DNA from: Heptranchias perlo
Taxonomy: Eukaryota
Assembly (NCBI RefSeq): GCF_035084215.1
Contig: NC_090327.1
Span: forward strand, 141,546,001 to 141,610,000
Direction of reading: 5' to 3'
DNA: 64,000 bases
In this document: piece after piece, positions 50,101-64,000 of the stretch
Layout: each line of letters starts with the position of its first letter
Numbering within the stretch: position 1 is the stretch's first letter
Made by a program: the position numbers and the translations under genes
Notes under the pieces: generated by a model
Seen by the model: the letters and a program-made list of their open reading frames with translations, nothing else
Database searches by the model: none
What the model was told of the DNA's origin: nothing

Positions 50101-50199
50101 TCCACACGTGCCTCCTGCCACCTGAATTCATCTCACCCTATCAATATATCCTTCTAATCCTTTCTCCCTCATAGGCTTTTCTAACTACCTTTTAAAACC

Positions 50200-50900
50200 A
50201 TCTCTGGTACTGCATGCGAGTGCGAGATTCATTCTGTATCTGGTGCTGTGTGTGAGTGTGGGATTCATTCTGTATCTGTCAGTCTCTGGTACTGTATATG
50301 AGTGTGAGATTCATTCTGTATCCGTCAGCCTCTGGTGCTGTGTGTGAGTGTGGGATTCATTCTGTATCTGCCAGTCTCTGGGACAGTGCACAAGTCTGGA
50401 TTCATTCTGTATCTGTACTTAATTTGCATCTCAGTTTATAGAATGGTATTTGAAACTATCTTTAATATATTAATGTATAAATAGTTTTCTGCCTAGTAAT
50501 TAATTTGTAAATATGGATGGATTTCAATATTTCTTACTGTAGATTTTAATGAGACAATCTGTGCTCCTTTTGGACCAGTATTAAATCTGTATCACGGTGA
50601 AAACTAATGGATTTGATAATCTATCTCAGTCTGACGCTATATGAGATTTTTGGATTAGTGTGTAATGTGAAGCTCAGTCTGCACTAATGGAATTGACACT
50701 GGATCTTTTCATATGTTTCATAATAAGGGTGAGTGCTCAACTGGTATCTAATATGTTTCACAGATTACACTTTCTTCCAGCATCTCTCAATCTGATACTG
50801 TTCGTGAGTTTTAGACTAGTATGTAATTGGTATCTCAGGATATACTATTGGGATGGATATTGCATCTTTTATATTTGTAATGTGTATGAGTTACTAGTTG
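50200..50900 (-). repeat. 46-bp then ~82-bp satellite remnants
   Basis: Same units as elsewhere in the window. Confidence 0.7.
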
Positions 50901-51078
50901 TTATTTAATTTTAATGTCGGGGTGCATTATTGGATTCATTCTATAACTTTGAATCCCGCACCGTGTGTCAGTTCTGTCTGGTATTTAATATATATCTAAG
51001 GCTGCACTATTGCGAGATTGGCACAGTGTATTTCACCTGATAGTGGGCATGATTTTGGACTGGGATTTTTGTATCTAC

Positions 51079-51353
51079 CTGTCAGTGGTACTGAGATGGA
51101 GTGAAATGAAAACAATGTCTATCTCTCCTGCTCTGTTTGACTGTTGGGTTGAAAATGTGTCTCCGGAGCTTGGGATCAGTGTGGGACTGACTGCTTTTGC
51201 TGTCTGCGACTGTGGAACTGATGAACTGCCTGTGTCTCCGTGCTCTGTGGGTGATAATGTACCTACTGTGTGTGAGAAGGAGCTGGCTGCACTGTTCCTT
51301 GAGCCTAGGGTGGAGGAAACTTCACATTTCTTCAGGTTTCTTCAAGTGCTTGC
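51079..51353 (-). other. Isolated copy of the module's large exon
   Basis: ttcctacAG..actgacag|GTagat on the minus strand; promoter part absent. Confidence 0.5.
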
Positions 51354-51479
51354 CTGTAGGAAGAAAAAGTATCTCTTGTAATTCAAGAACAAATGAGGTA
51401 GAAAATACAAAAGCGATCAATTTAACCTCTCTGTTAATAATCATCATCCTAAGAAAATCCGGCGATAAAAACAGAGTCC

Positions 51480-52240
51480 GTGAGTCCCATCTGATTCAGA
51501 AGGTGGTGGGTTCATGCCCCACTCCAGAGATTTCATCCCATTATCTAGGCAGAAGCTCTCAGTACAGTGCTGAGTGAGTGCTGCATTGTCGGGGGTGCCG
51601 TCTTTCGGGCGAGACGTTAAATTCAGTTTGACGAAAAAGATCCATTGGCCATTATTTCGAAGAGGAGCAGAGGAGTTCTTCGTGGTGTCCTGGCCAATAT
51701 TTTTGCCTGAACCAATACCATTGAAACGTCATCTCATTGTTGTTTTTGGGAGCTTGCTGTGTCCGAATTGGCTGCCACAATCCATTCACCACGACAGTGA
51801 CTAGACTTCAAATATAAAGATAGGAAGAACTTAAATTTATAGAGTGCCTTTTATGACCTCAGGACTTCCCAATGTGTTTCCCAACCGATGAAGTACTTTT
51901 TAAATGTCGTTAATGTTGCAAAGTCGGAAACGCGGCAGCCTATTTATCCATAGCAAGCTCCGACTGTGTTTCAGTGATTTTGGCTGAGAGAAAAATATTG
52001 GCCAGGGCACCGGGGAGAACTACCCTGCTGTTCCATGAAATAGTGTCATTTACTTGCACCTGGGAGGAGAGACGGGGCTTCGATTTAACGCTTCATCTGA
52101 AAGATAGTACCTCGAGCAGTGCAGTGCTCCACTCAGTACTGCACTGGGAGCGACTGACTAGATTTTATGCTCAAGTCTCTGAAGTGTGGACTTGAACCCA
52201 GAACCTCCTACAATCAGAGGCGAGAGTGCTGCCCACTGAC
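51480..52240. mobile_element. Two DeuSINEs tail-to-tail (plus ~51480-51810; minus ~51825-52240)
   Basis: tRNA-like heads and Deu domains in opposite orientations. Confidence 0.68.
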
Positions 52241-52325
52241 CAAACGGCAGAGGTACCAGAATGATACCATGGATAAGGAATTCAGATATGAGGAGAGACT
52301 TGAGAAGCTGGAATTGTTCTCCTTG

Positions 52326-55300
52326 GATTGGTGAGCAGCTGATTGGTGAGTGTTTTTTTAAGTCTTTAGTTTATTTCTGTTCAGTGAGTTGGTAATCTAA
52401 TAAATCGAGGCATGGCAGGGCACATCAGACCCGTCTTTATGGATGGCTCAGCTGCACAGGAGGGGAGGAGAAAGGTCAGGAGAGCGATAATGATAGGGGT
52501 TTCAATAGATGGAGGAACATACAAGCGTTTCTGTGGCCGCAGACATGAGTCCAGGGTGCCAGGGTCAAGGATTTTACTAAGCGGCTGCAGAACCTTCTGG
52601 AGGGGGCGGGTGAACAGCCATAGGTCGTGGTCCATTTCGCGACCAACAAATTAGCTAGAAAGAGGGATGAGGTCCTGCAGGCAGATTTTAAGTAGTTAGG
52701 AAATAGATTACCAAGCAGGACCTCAAAGGTAGTAATCTACCGATTACTCCGGTGCCAAGTGTTAATGAGTATAGAAACAGGGGGACAGAGCAGCTGAATG
52801 CGTAGCTGGAGAGATGGTGCAGGAGTGAGGTCTTCAGATTCCTGGGGCATTGGGACCTGTTCTGGTGGAGGTGGGACCTGTACAAGCCTCAATGGAGCTG
52901 GGACCAAAGTCCTGGCGAAGAGGCTCACTAGGGCTGTGGGGGGTGGGGCAGGGTGGTGAGGGAGGGGTTAAACTAGTTTGGCGGGGGGATGGGCACCAGG
53001 ATGTAGCATTGGAATGGAGAAAAAAGGTGCACAAAGGATTGGGAGAGAAAAACAGCACTAGAATAAGAAAAAGCACGGTATTAGGTGGGAAAAGGCTAAA
53101 CGATTTTCAGGAAAGTCTAAGATTGGTTTATAGTACATGTGTGTGTTTACCGCACTTTGTGCAGTGCACGAAGCACGGTAAACAAGATTGGTGAGCTGCA
53201 GGCCGCAAAAAGCCACATGGCAATATGGTCTCATGACGATAACGGAGACCTGGCTCAAAAAAGGGCAGGATTGGGTACATATTCCTAGATACAAGTTGTT
53301 CAGGGAAGGAAGGAAAGGAGGGGGTAGGAATGGGTGACAGAATTGATTAAGGAGAATATTGCAGTACTGGAGAGAAAGGGTGTCCTGGAGGGGTCAAGGA
53401 CAGAATCTATTTGGTTAGAGTTACGAAACAATAGAGGTGCCATTACACTATTGGGTGTATTCTATAGGCCACCAACTAGTGGGAAGGATAGAGCGGAGCA
53501 AATTTGCAGGGAAATTACCGAAAGGTGCAACAGTCATAGAGTGGTGAGAACAGGGGACTTCAACTATCGTAATGTAGACTGGGATAGTAATAATATAAGG
53601 GGAAAAGAGGGGGAGGAATTTTTGAAGCGTGTTCAGGAGAACTTTCTTGACCAGTATGTTTCCAACCCGATGAAGATGGAGGCATTGCTGGATTTGGTTC
53701 TGAGGAATGAGACGGGCCAAGTGGACAAGTGCCAGTGGGGGAATATGTAGGGAACAGCGATCATAGTATCATGAGGTTTAGAATAGCTATAGAAAAGGAC
53801 ATGAACCACGCTAAAGTAAAAATACTCGATTGGAGGAGGGCCAATTTCAGTGGGATGAGAACAGATCTGACCCGGCTAAATTGGAATCAAAGATTGGCAG
53901 GAAAATCAGTAATCGAACAATCGGCTGAATTAAGGAGGAGATTGTTCAGGTATAGTCTAGTTACATTCCCACGAGGGAGAAAGGTAGGACAACTAAAGCC
54001 AGAGCTCCCTGGATGACAAAAGAGATAGAGAGTAAGATAAAGCAGAAAAAAGGGGCGTATGACAGATGTCAGGATGATAACACAAGTGAGAACCAGGCTG
54101 AATATAGAAAGTTCAGAGGGGAAGTGAAAAAGGAAATAAGAGGATCAAAGAGAGAGTATGAGAATAGACTGGCGGCCAATATAAAATGGAATCCGAAAGT
54201 CATCTATAGGCATGTAAAAAGTAAACGGGTAAGAGGAGGGGTGGGGCCGATTAGAGACCAAAAAGGAAGTCTGCTCATTGAGGCAGAGGGCATAGCCGAT
54301 GTATTAAATGAATATTTTGCATCTGTCTTTACCAAGGAAGGAGATAATGCCAGAGTCTCAGTAAAGGAAGATGTAGTTGAGATACTGGATGGGCTAAAAA
54401 TTGGTAAAGAGGAGGTACAGTAAAGGCTAGCTGTAGTTAAAGTTGATAAGTCACCCAGTCCGGATGGGATGCATCCTAGGTTGCTGAGGGAAGTTAGCAC
54501 GGATATTGTGGAGGTACTGGCCATAATCTGCCAAACATCCTTATATGTGGAGGTGGTGCCAGAGGACAGGAGAATTGCAAATGTTACACCCTTGTTCAAA
54601 AAAGGGTGTAAGGATAAACCCAGCAACGATCAGCCAGTCAGTTTAACCTCAGTGGTGGGAAAACTTTTAGAAATGATAATCCAGGACAGAGTTAGCAGGC
54701 ACTTGGACAAGTGTGGATTGATTAGGGAAAGCCAGCACGGATTTGTTCAAGGCAAATTGTGTTTAACCAACTTGATAGAATTTTTTGATGAGGTAACAGA
54801 GAGGGTAGATGAGGGCAATGCAGTTGATGTGTATATGGACTTTCAAAAGGCATTTGATTAAGCACCGCATAATAGACTTGTCATTAAGATTGAACCCCAT
54901 GGAATAAAAGGGGCAGTAGCAGCATGGATACAGAATTGGCTAAGTAACAGGAAACAGAAAGTAATGGTGAACGGCTCTTTTTTCAGACTGGAGGGAAGTG
55001 TACAGTGGTGTAGCCCAGGGGTTGGTTCTTGATATTTATTAATGACTTGTCTTGGGTACAGGGCACAATTTTCAAATTTGCGGATGACACAAAACTTGGA
55101 AGTGTAGTGAACAGTGAGGAGGATAGTGATAGATTTCAAGAGGATATAGACAGGCTGGTGGAATGGCGGACACGAGGCAGATGAAATTTAATGTAGAAAA
55201 ATACAAAGTGATACATTTCGGGAGGAAGAATGAGGCGAAGCAATATAAACTAGAGCACAATAGTAAAAGGGGTAAAGGAACAGAGAGATCTGGTGGTATA

Positions 55301-56005
55301 TGTGCACAAATCGTTAAAGGTGGCAGGGCAGGTTGTGAAAGTGGTTAAAAAAGCATATGGGGTCCTGGGCTTTATAAATAGAGGCATAGAGTACAAAAGT
55401 AAGGAAGTCATGATGAAAATTCATAAAACACTGGCTCGGCCACTACTGGAGTGTTGTATCCAGTTCTGGGCACCGCACTTTACGAATGATGTGAAGGCCT
55501 TAGGGATGATGCAGAAGAAATTTACTGGAATGATTCCAGGGATGAGGGTATTTAGTTACGTGGATAGAATGGAGAAGGCGGGGTTGTTCTCCTTGGAAGA
55601 GAGAAGGTTGCGAGGAGATTTGATCGAGGTATTCAAAATCAGGAAGGGTCTAGACAGAGTAGGTAGAGAGAAACTGTTCCCATTGGTGGAAGGGTCAAGA
55701 ACCAAAGGTCATAGATTTGAGCTGATTGACAGAAGAACCAAAGGTGACATGAGTAAAAAAAATTACACAGTGAGTTGTTAGGATCTGGAATGCACTGCTC
55801 GAAGGAGTGGTCGGGACAAATTCAATCATGGCCTTTAAAAGGGAACTGGATAAGCACTTGAGAGGAAAACAAACTGCAGGGCTATGGGGATAGAGCGGGG
55901 GAGTGGGACTTGCTGTATTGCTCTTGCGTAGAGCCGGCATGGACTTGATGGGCTGAATGGCCTCCTTCCCCGTGCAGTAACATTTCTATCATTCTATGAT
56001 TCTAT
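52326..56005 (+). mobile_element. Old near-full-length CR1 with disrupted ORF1 and ORF2
   Basis: Esterase ORF1 remnant ~52410-52976; endonuclease and RT fragments 53334-55915 with stops and frameshifts; ttctat tail. Confidence 0.9.
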
Positions 56006-56189
56006 GGATTAGAGAAGGTAAGGGGAGACTTACTAGAATGGCACCAGGGATCAGAGACTTCAGTTCTGTGGAGAGACTGGAGAAGCTGGGATTGTTCTCT
56101 TTGGAGCAGGACATTTTAGGGGAGATTTAATGTAGGTGTTCAAATTTATGAGGGGTTGTGATTGAGAAAATAAGGAGGGACTGTTTCCC

Positions 56190-58468
56190 CCTACTCTTCT
56201 TCGAAAAGTGTAGTGGGATCTTTTACATCCACTGGAGAAGGCAGACAGGGAGCTTGGTTTAATGTCTCATCCAAAAGAATGCATCTCGGACCGTGCAGCG
56301 GTCTCTCAGTACTGGCAGGAGGAGGCACAGCCGGAGGTAGCAGGACATCATACTCATCATTGCAGTTTGGGTGAGGTCATTGAACTTCTTGCGACACTGC
56401 GCTCCTGTCCTAAGAACCTCACTCCCGGCATTAACATTGAGCGCCACCTCCTTCCAGGCCTGGCGTAGTTTCTGCCTGGGCATCTTCCTTTCATCAGAGA
56501 GGAAAAAGACCTCTTTGCGGGACCTCACCTGCTCCACCAAATCTCCACTGCTGCATAATTGAATCTCGCAGCTTAGAATCATAGAATCATAGAAGCTTAC
56601 AACATGGAAACAGGCCCTTCGGCCCAACATGTCCATGTCGCCCAGTTTATACCTCTAAGCTAGTCCCAATTGCCTGCACTTGGCCCATATCCCTCTATAC
56701 CCATCTTACCCATGTAACTGTCCAAATGCTTTTTAAAAGACAAAATTGTACCCGCCTCTACTATTGCCTCTGGCAGCTCGTTCCAGACACTCACCACCCT
56801 TTGAGTGAAAAAATTGCCCCTCTGGACCCTTTTGTATCTCTCCCCTCTCACCTTAAATCTATGCCCCCTCGTTATAGACTCCCCTACCTTTGGGAAAAGA
56901 TTTTGACTATCTACCTTACCTATGCCCCTCATTATTTTATAGGCTTCTATAAGATCACCCCTAAACCTCCTACTCTCCAGGGAAAAAAAGTCCCAGTCTA
57001 TCTAACCTCTCCCTATAAGTCAAACTATCAAGTCCCGGTAGCATCCTAGTAAATCTTTTCTGCACTCTTTCTAGTTTAATAATATCCTTTCTATAATAGG
57101 GTGACCAGAACTGTACACAGTATTCCAAGTGTGGCCTTACTAATGTCCTGTACAACTTCAACAAGACATCCCAACTCCTGTATTCAATGTTCTGACCAAT
57201 GAAACCAAGCATGCCGAATGCCTTCTTCAACACCCTATCCACCTGTGACTCCACTTTCAAGGAGCTATGAACCTGTACTCCTAGATCTCTTTGTTCTATA
57301 ACTCTCTCCAACGCCCTACCATTAACGGAGTAGGTCCTGGTCTGATTCAATCTACCAAAATGCATCACCTCACATTTATCTAAATTAAACTCCATCTGCC
57401 ATTCATCGGCCCACTGGCCCAATTTATCAAGATCCCGTTGCAATCCTAGATAACCTTCTTCACTGTCCACAATGCCACCAATCTTGGTGTCATCTGCAAA
57501 CTTACTAACCATTCCTCCTAAATTCTCATCCAAATCATTAATATAAATAACAAATAACAGCGGACCCAGCACCGATCCCTGAGGCACACCGCTGGTCACA
57601 GGCCTCCAATCTGAAAAACAACCCTCTACAACCACCCTCTGTCTTCTGTCGTCAATCCAATTTTGTATCCAATTGGCTACCTCACCTTGGATCCCGTGAG
57701 ATTTAACCTTACGTAACAACCTACCATGCGGTACCTTGTCAAAGGCTTTGCTAAACTCCATGTAGACCACGTCTACTGCACAGCCCTCATCTATCTTCTT
57801 GGTTAACGCTTCAAAAAACTCAATCAAATTCGTGAGACATGATTTTCCTCTCACAAAACCAAGCTGACTGTTCCTAATCAGTCCCTGCCTCTCCAAATGC
57901 CTGTAAGTCCTGTCTCTCAGAATACCCTCTAACAACTTACCCACTACAGATGTCAGGCTCACCGGTCTGTAGTTCCCAGGCTTTTCCCTGCCGCCCTTCT
58001 TAAACAAAGGCACAACATTTGCTGCCCTCCAATCTTCAGGCACCTCCCCTGTCGCTGTCGATGATTCAAATATCTCTGCTAGGGGACCCGCAATTTCCTC
58101 CCTAACCTCCCATAACGTCCTGGGATACATTTCATCAGGTCCCGGAGATTTATCTACCTTGATGCGTGTTAAGACTTCCAGCACCCCCCTCTCTGTAATA
58201 TGTACACTCCTCAAGACATCGCTATTTATTTCTCAAGTTCCCTAACATCCATGCCTTTCTCAACCATAAATACCGATGTGAAATATTCATTCAGGATCTC
58301 ACCCATCTCTTGTGGTTCCGCACATAGATGACCTTGTTGATCCTTAAGAGGCCCTACTCTCTCCCTAGTTACTCTTTTGCCCTTTATGTACTTTTGGTTC
58401 CATCATTCGTCAGGCCCTCATCGCAAGATCACTGTCCAAAAAACGTGTCTCGGTGGAAAGGACAAGAG
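56190..58468 (-). mobile_element. Third, diverged Harbinger Myb/SANT exon plus DeuSINE fragment, split by a CR1
   Basis: 56575-56350 encodes RQAWKEVALNVNAGSEVLRTGAQCRKKFNDL; 58391-58468 matches the reverse complement of ~748-825. Confidence 0.7.
56576..58390 (-). mobile_element. 5'-truncated young CR1, same family as 10702-15682
   Basis: ORFs 56970-58214 and 56660-56932 are near-identical to ORF2, with frameshifts; possible 3-bp TSD aag. Confidence 0.93.
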
Positions 58469-58469
58469 C

Positions 58470-58970
58470 GTGTGAGATTCATTCTCTATCTCTCAGTCTC
58501 TGGTACTGTGTGTGAGTGTGGGATTCATTCTGTATCTGTCAATCTCTTGTACTGTCTCTGAATTCGGGGTTCATTCTGTTTCTGTCAATCTCTTGTACTG
58601 TGTGTGAGTGTGGGATTCAAACTGTATCTGTCAGTCACTGGTACTGTGTATCAATGTGGGATTAATTCTATATGTGTAGTCTATCGTACTGTATGTGAGT
58701 GTGGGATTCAGTTTGTATATCAGTCACTGGTGCTGTGTACGAATGTGGGATTAATTCTATATGTGCATCTCTCGTACTGTATGCGAGTGTGGGATTCAGT
58801 CTGAATCTGTCTCTGGTACTGTGTGTGAGTGTGGGATTCAGTCTGAATCTGTCTCTGGTACTGTGTATGAGTGTGGGATTCAGTCTGAATCTGTCTCTGG
58901 TACTGTGTATGAGTGTGGGATTCATTCTGTGTCTCTCAGTCTCTGATACTACATGTTAGTCTGGGATTCA
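58470..58970 (-). repeat. 46-bp satellite with ~40-bp deletion variants
   Basis: gagtgtgggattcagtctgaatctgtctctggtactgtgt units. Confidence 0.82.
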
Positions 58971-59139
58971 TTTTCAAATACATTCTCACATACATTCCCA
59001 AATGGAGCTTCTTAAAGGGTCAACTCCCCAGCATTAAATGTAGTCTGTCCTTTCCCCCAGCTACCATTCCCGTGCTCAGAGTCTGATAAAAGCGAATTAG
59101 GGAAAGTTCCCACTGACTTTTGTGTTCTCAATTAAGGCC

Positions 59140-60348
59140 GAAATCTGCGCATGCGTGATTCATTCTCGCCCTCTTGACTGTTCTTACTGAGCAGCAGAGC
59201 GCATGTGCTCACCCCACCCCCACCCTCCTCCGCCCTGCCTGTGGGGCCATTCTCTCTGTGAGCCGAAGAAGATGGTTCAAAACAGCTGGAAATGGAGAAA
59301 TCACGGTCCCCGCGGTCAGGGAGCAAACAGCAATCTCCTTCGGAACCGTGTCCGCAGATGAGCGCAGAGATCGGCATTGAGACCGGGGTAAGTTCAGGGG
59401 GAGTCCGGGGGCTGTTTGTAAGAGGCGGAGTGGATCAGGAACTGGTCCCGGAACATGGAGTGAGGGGGGAAGGGAGAGGCCATTCTGGGGCTGTGTGTGT
59501 ACAGGGTGTGTCCAGGGGAAGGGAGACAGAATGGGAAGAACCTGCTATTTAAAATCATTGCTGCTTTCTCTCCCCAAACCAGTAGTGAATGTTCCTGGTT
59601 TAGGTCCAGTCTCACCCTGTTTGTTGTTTTTGGACAGTGAACAGTGGAAACAGAGCCGGACAGTAAGGATGTGGGGAGTTATACAAAGAACATCTATCGT
59701 AGGCATCAGGTGAGACGTGTGAAGGAGACATTTTAAACAGCGGCTCTTTAGTTTCGGTTCAACGATTGGGCCCCTGGGAGAGGGGATTAGACCTGTACAA
59801 ACTTCCCTGCCCCATCGGTTAGTCCTATTCATCGATTAGTACAGGAGTTCAGTTGTGTCTGGGTGTCTGTGTCTGGATTGTTTTGTACAGTCCAACACCC
59901 CTAGTATGCAGAAGCTGAGTGCTGCTTTATTGCAGTTGCGTCAGACACTGAAACTATCGCTTGTTTTAATTTGTGGATAATTCAATGATAATTAACGGAC
60001 AGGTTAAATTGATCACTTGTATTTTCTACCTCACCTGTTCTTGAGGTATAAGAGATATGTTTTCTTCCTACAGGCAAATACTTGAAGAAACCAGAATAAA
60101 TGTGATGTTTCCTCCACTCGAGGCACAAGGAACAGTGCAGCCAGCTCCTTCTCACTCACAGTAGGTACATTATCACCCACAGAGCACAGAGACACAGACA
60201 GGTCATCAGTTCCACAGTCTCAGACAGCAGAAGCAGTCAATCCCACACTGATCCCAAGTTCCAGATTCACATGTTCCCTCAAGCATTCAAACAGAGCAGG
60301 AGAGACAGCTGTTATTTCCAGATCACCCCAACTCAGTACCACCGACTG
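59140..60348 (+). pseudogene. Fourth promoter plus three-exon module
   Basis: NRF1-like tgcgcatgcg ~59146; donor at 59388; exon 60074-60348 ending ctg|GTacgt. Confidence 0.5.
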
Positions 60349-61218
60349 GTACGTATGCAAATCCAGGTCCAAAATCACACCCACTATCAGATTGAAAGGC
60401 CCTGTGTCAATCTCACAACAGTGCTGCCTTAGCTACAAATTAAATACCAGAATAGAAGTCTCACATGGTACCCGATTGAAAGGTATAGAATGAATCCCAA
60501 TAATTTACCCCAAGATTAAATTTAAATACTGGCCCAGAACTCTCACACATGTGAGTTTAAAAGATGCAGTATCCATCCCAATAGATTAGCCTGAGTTACA
60601 AAGTACATACAAGTCAAAAACTCAGTACAGTATCAGATTGAAAGAAGCTAAAAGAGCGTGTATCATGAGAAACATTAGATACCAGTTCATAACTCACTCA
60701 TAGTATGAGACTGAAAGATACACTACCATTTCACTTAGTGCAGACTGAGTTAAACTTTATATACCAGTTCAAAAATTTCACCATATCATTTTGGCAGGAA
60801 CATTATTATTCACAATTAAGAGATGAAAGTGCACACATTATCCAATTAAAACCTAAAGCATCAAATCCTAAAGTGTATCCATCTTTAGCAATTAAATAGT
60901 CAGAAAAACTGTTTATACATTAAAAACAATGATACAGTTGTGAACTCCATGCTGTTACCTGAGATACAAATCACATACAGATCCAGAATGAATCCCACAA
61001 TCTGATACAGTACTAGAGACAGAGAGGCACAGAAAGACTCCCATACTCACACACAGTACCAGAGACTGACAAATACAGAATTAATCTCACACTCACATAG
61101 AGTACCAGAGACTGATAGATACAGAAAAAGGTCCCACACGAACACACAGTACCAGAAACTGAAAGACACAGAATGAATCTCACGCTCACATACAGCACTA
61201 GAGAATGACAGATACAGA

Positions 61219-62117
61219 ACATAGGAACAGGAGTAGGCCATTCAGCCCCTCGTGCCTGCTCCGCCATTTGATAAGATCATGGCTGATCTGTGATCTAACT
61301 CCATACACCTGCCTTTGGCCCATATCCCTTAATATCTTTGGTTGCCAAAAAGCTATCGATCTCAGATTTAAATTTAGCAATTGAGCTAGTATCAATTGCC
61401 GTTTGTGGAAGAGAGTTCCAAAATTCTACAACCGTTTGTGTGTAGAAATGTTTCCTAATCTCGCTCCTGAAAGGTCTGGCTCTAATTTTTAGACTGTGCC
61501 CCCTACTCCTAGAATCCCCAACCAGCGGAAATAGTTTCTCTCTATCCACCCTATCTGTTCCCTTTAATATCTTATAAACCTCGATCAGATCACCCCTTAA
61601 CCTTCGAAACTTCGGAGAATACAACCCCAATTTGTGTAATCTCTCCTGGTAACTTAACCCTTGAAGTCCGGGTATCATTCTAGTAAACCTACGCTGCACT
61701 CCCTCCAAGGCCAATATGTCCTTCCGAAGGTGCGGTGCTCAGAACTGCTCACAGTACTCCAGGTGCGGTCTAACCAGGGTTTTGTATAGCTGCAGCATAA
61801 CTTCTGCCCCCTTGTACTCTAGTCCTCCAGATATAAAGGCCAACATTCCATTTGCCTTATTGATTATTTTCTGCACCTGTTCATGACACTTCAATGATCT
61901 ATGTACCTGAACCCCGAAGTCCCTTTGGACATCCACTGTTTTTAACTTTTTACCATTTAGAAAATACCCATTTCTATCCTTTTTTGATCCAAAGTGGATG
62001 ACCTCACATTTGTCTACATTGAATTCCATTTGCCACAGTTTTGCCCATTCAACTAATCTATCAATATCACTTTGTAATTTTATGTTTTCATCTACACTGC
62101 TTACAATGCCACCAATA
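61219..62117 (-). mobile_element. 5'-truncated CR1
   Basis: ORFs 61295-61714 and 61739-62122 encode the RT C-terminus. Confidence 0.88.
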
Positions 62118-62602
62118 CACACTCACTGACAGTCCCAGAGACTGACAGACACTGAATGAACTGCACACTCACATATGGTACTGGAGACTGGCAGACACAG
62201 GATGAATCCTACACTCACATACAGTACCAACAGACTGAATAGCACAATCACACACAGTACTGACAAGGTACAGAATTAATTCCACACTCACACAGTACCA
62301 GAAATTGACAGATACAGAATGAATCCCACACTTTTATACAGCAACACACACTGATAGATACAGAATGAATCCCAAACTGACACAGAGTGGCAGAGACTGA
62401 CAGATGAAGAATGAAGCCCACACTTACATACAGCACAGACATTGACAGATACAGAATGAATCCCACACTGACACAGTACCAGGGACTTGCAGATGCAAAT
62501 TAATCCCACACTCACAGCAAGTACCAGAGACTGACATATAAAGAATGAATCCCACTCTCACTCAGCTCCAGAAACTGACAGATACAGAATCAATCCCACA
62601 CT

Positions 62603-62926
62603 TCGATACTCGACAGCACCTCCCAAACCCACAACCTCTACCACCTGGAAGGACAAGGGCAGCAGGCACATGGGAACAACACCAGCTGCACGTTCCCCTC
62701 CAAGTCACACATCATCCCTACTTGGAAATATATCGCCGTTCCTTCATCGTCGCTGGGTCAAAATCCTGGGACTCCCTTCCTAACAGCACTGTGGGAGAAC
62801 CTTCACCACACGGACTGCAGCGGTTGAAGAAGGCGGCTCACCACCACCTTCTCAAGGGCAATTAGGGATGGGCAATAAATGCTGGCCTCGCTAGCGATGC
62901 CCACATCCCATGAACGAATAAAAAAA
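62603..62926 (+). mobile_element. 3' end of a different LINE (CR1/L2 group) with poly(A) and candidate TSD
   Basis: KSWDSLPNS..LKKAAHHHLLKG C-terminus, AATAAA and A-tail, flanked by aatcccacact (also part of the satellite unit). Confidence 0.7.
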
Positions 62927-63345
62927 AATCCCACACTCACAAAGAGTACCAGGGATTGACAGATACAGAATGAGTCCCACACTCACACACAGTACCAGAT
63001 ACTGACAGATACAGAATGAATCTCACACAGACGGTGCTACAGACTGAACGAATCACACAGACGGTGCTACAGACAATCTGTATTAACATTATTCAACAAT
63101 GATTGAAATCATAATCTCTGAATCAGTCCGATTTTGTTGTACAAAATTGTGTAACAAGAGAGACAGAGGGGAAAATAATGTAAATCAGTGAGAGGAGTTT
63201 AATACAACATGACAACCGTTTTTTGCTCTAATAAAATGTACTTAGAGCTCGTCTTCATTCCTAGATCTCGCCGTCCAATATAATGTGAACATTATTGTCT
63301 GCTGTGTCCGTCTGTAATCTGGAAACTTCAATGTACTGGAGTCTC

Positions 63346-63377
63346 GTGACGTCTGCTGGCCCGAAGCGAGAACTGCA
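63346..63377 (-). promoter_or_regulatory. Putative CTCF site (core plus upstream motif)
   Basis: TGCAG-13 nt-CCAGCAGACGTCAC. Confidence 0.48.
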
Positions 63378-63519
63378 ACAGAGCGGAACAAATTCATATT
63401 CAAAACTGAGATTGATAGATTTCTAGATATTTAAGGCATCAAGGGATAGAGGGAAATGTCGTTGAGGTAGAAGATCAACTGTGATCTTGTTGAATGGCGG
63501 AGCTGGCTCGAGGGGCTGG

Positions 63520-64000
63520 ATAAGAACATAAGAACATAAGAAATAGGAGCAGGAGTAGGCCAATCGGCCCCTCGAGCCTGCTCCGCCATTCAATAAGATC
63601 ATGGCTGATCTGATCCTAATCTCAAATCTAAATTCATGTCCAATTTCCTGCCTGCTCCCCGTAACCCCTAATTCCCTTTACTTCTAGGAAACTGTCTATT
63701 TCTGTTTTAAATTTATTTAATGATGTAGCTTCCACAGCTTCCTGGGGCAGCAAATTCCACAGACCTACAACCCTCTGAGTGAAGAAGTTTCTCCTCATCT
63801 CAGTTTTGAAAGAGCAGCCCCTTATTCTAAGATTATGCCCCCTCGTTCTAGTTACACCCATCCTTGGGAACATCCTCACCGCATCCACCCGATCAAGCCC
63901 CTTCACAATCTTATATGTTTCAATAAGATCGCCTCTCATTCTTCTGAACTCCAATGAGTAGAGTCCCAATCTACTCAACCTTTCCTCATATGTCCACCCC
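63520..64000 (-). mobile_element. CR1 3' end (runs off the window)
   Basis: ORF 63634-63978 RLGLYSLEFRRMRGDLIETYK; (cataagaa)n tail. Confidence 0.9.

Larger units (their letters stand above)
60975..63030 (+). repeat. 46-bp satellite interrupted by two LINE fragments
   Basis: Units at 60975-61218, 62118-62600 and 62927-63030. Confidence 0.8.

Noticed and set aside
63024-63074. Small 30-bp-period duplication
   Set aside because: Ordinary slippage at a satellite edge.

Overview
Eukaryotic (vertebrate) DNA, most likely a cartilaginous fish, inferred from SacSINE1-like DeuSINEs, esterase-type CR1 LINEs and the H2B N-terminus. The window is a repeat-rich edge of a replication-dependent histone cluster. 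It is dominated by a direct segmental duplication: copy A about 1-22837, copy B about 32295-49723. Each copy has a decayed Harbinger Myb/SANT gene, two H2A pseudogenes, one intact H2B, Penelope-like element (PLE) remnants, 46-bp and ~82-bp satellites, a CpG-promoter/spliced-exon module and a tRNA-Gly pseudogene. Copy A alone holds a young full-length CR1 with intact ORF1 and ORF2. Between the copies lie a tailless H3 fragment joined to a 33-bp array and an inverted copy of the promoter/exon module. The most notable signals are: seven minimal hammerhead-ribozyme motifs in PLE ends; a U_UUA_AAC slippery site plus a TAATG overlap at the CR1 ORF1/ORF2 junction; a 10 x 68-bp monomer 5'UTR in that CR1; a five-copy spliced gene or lncRNA remnant pointing into satellite arrays; and CTCF core+upstream motifs bracketing the histone genes. 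Everything was read by eye, with no alignments or database searches, so boundaries of degenerate repeats are approximate.
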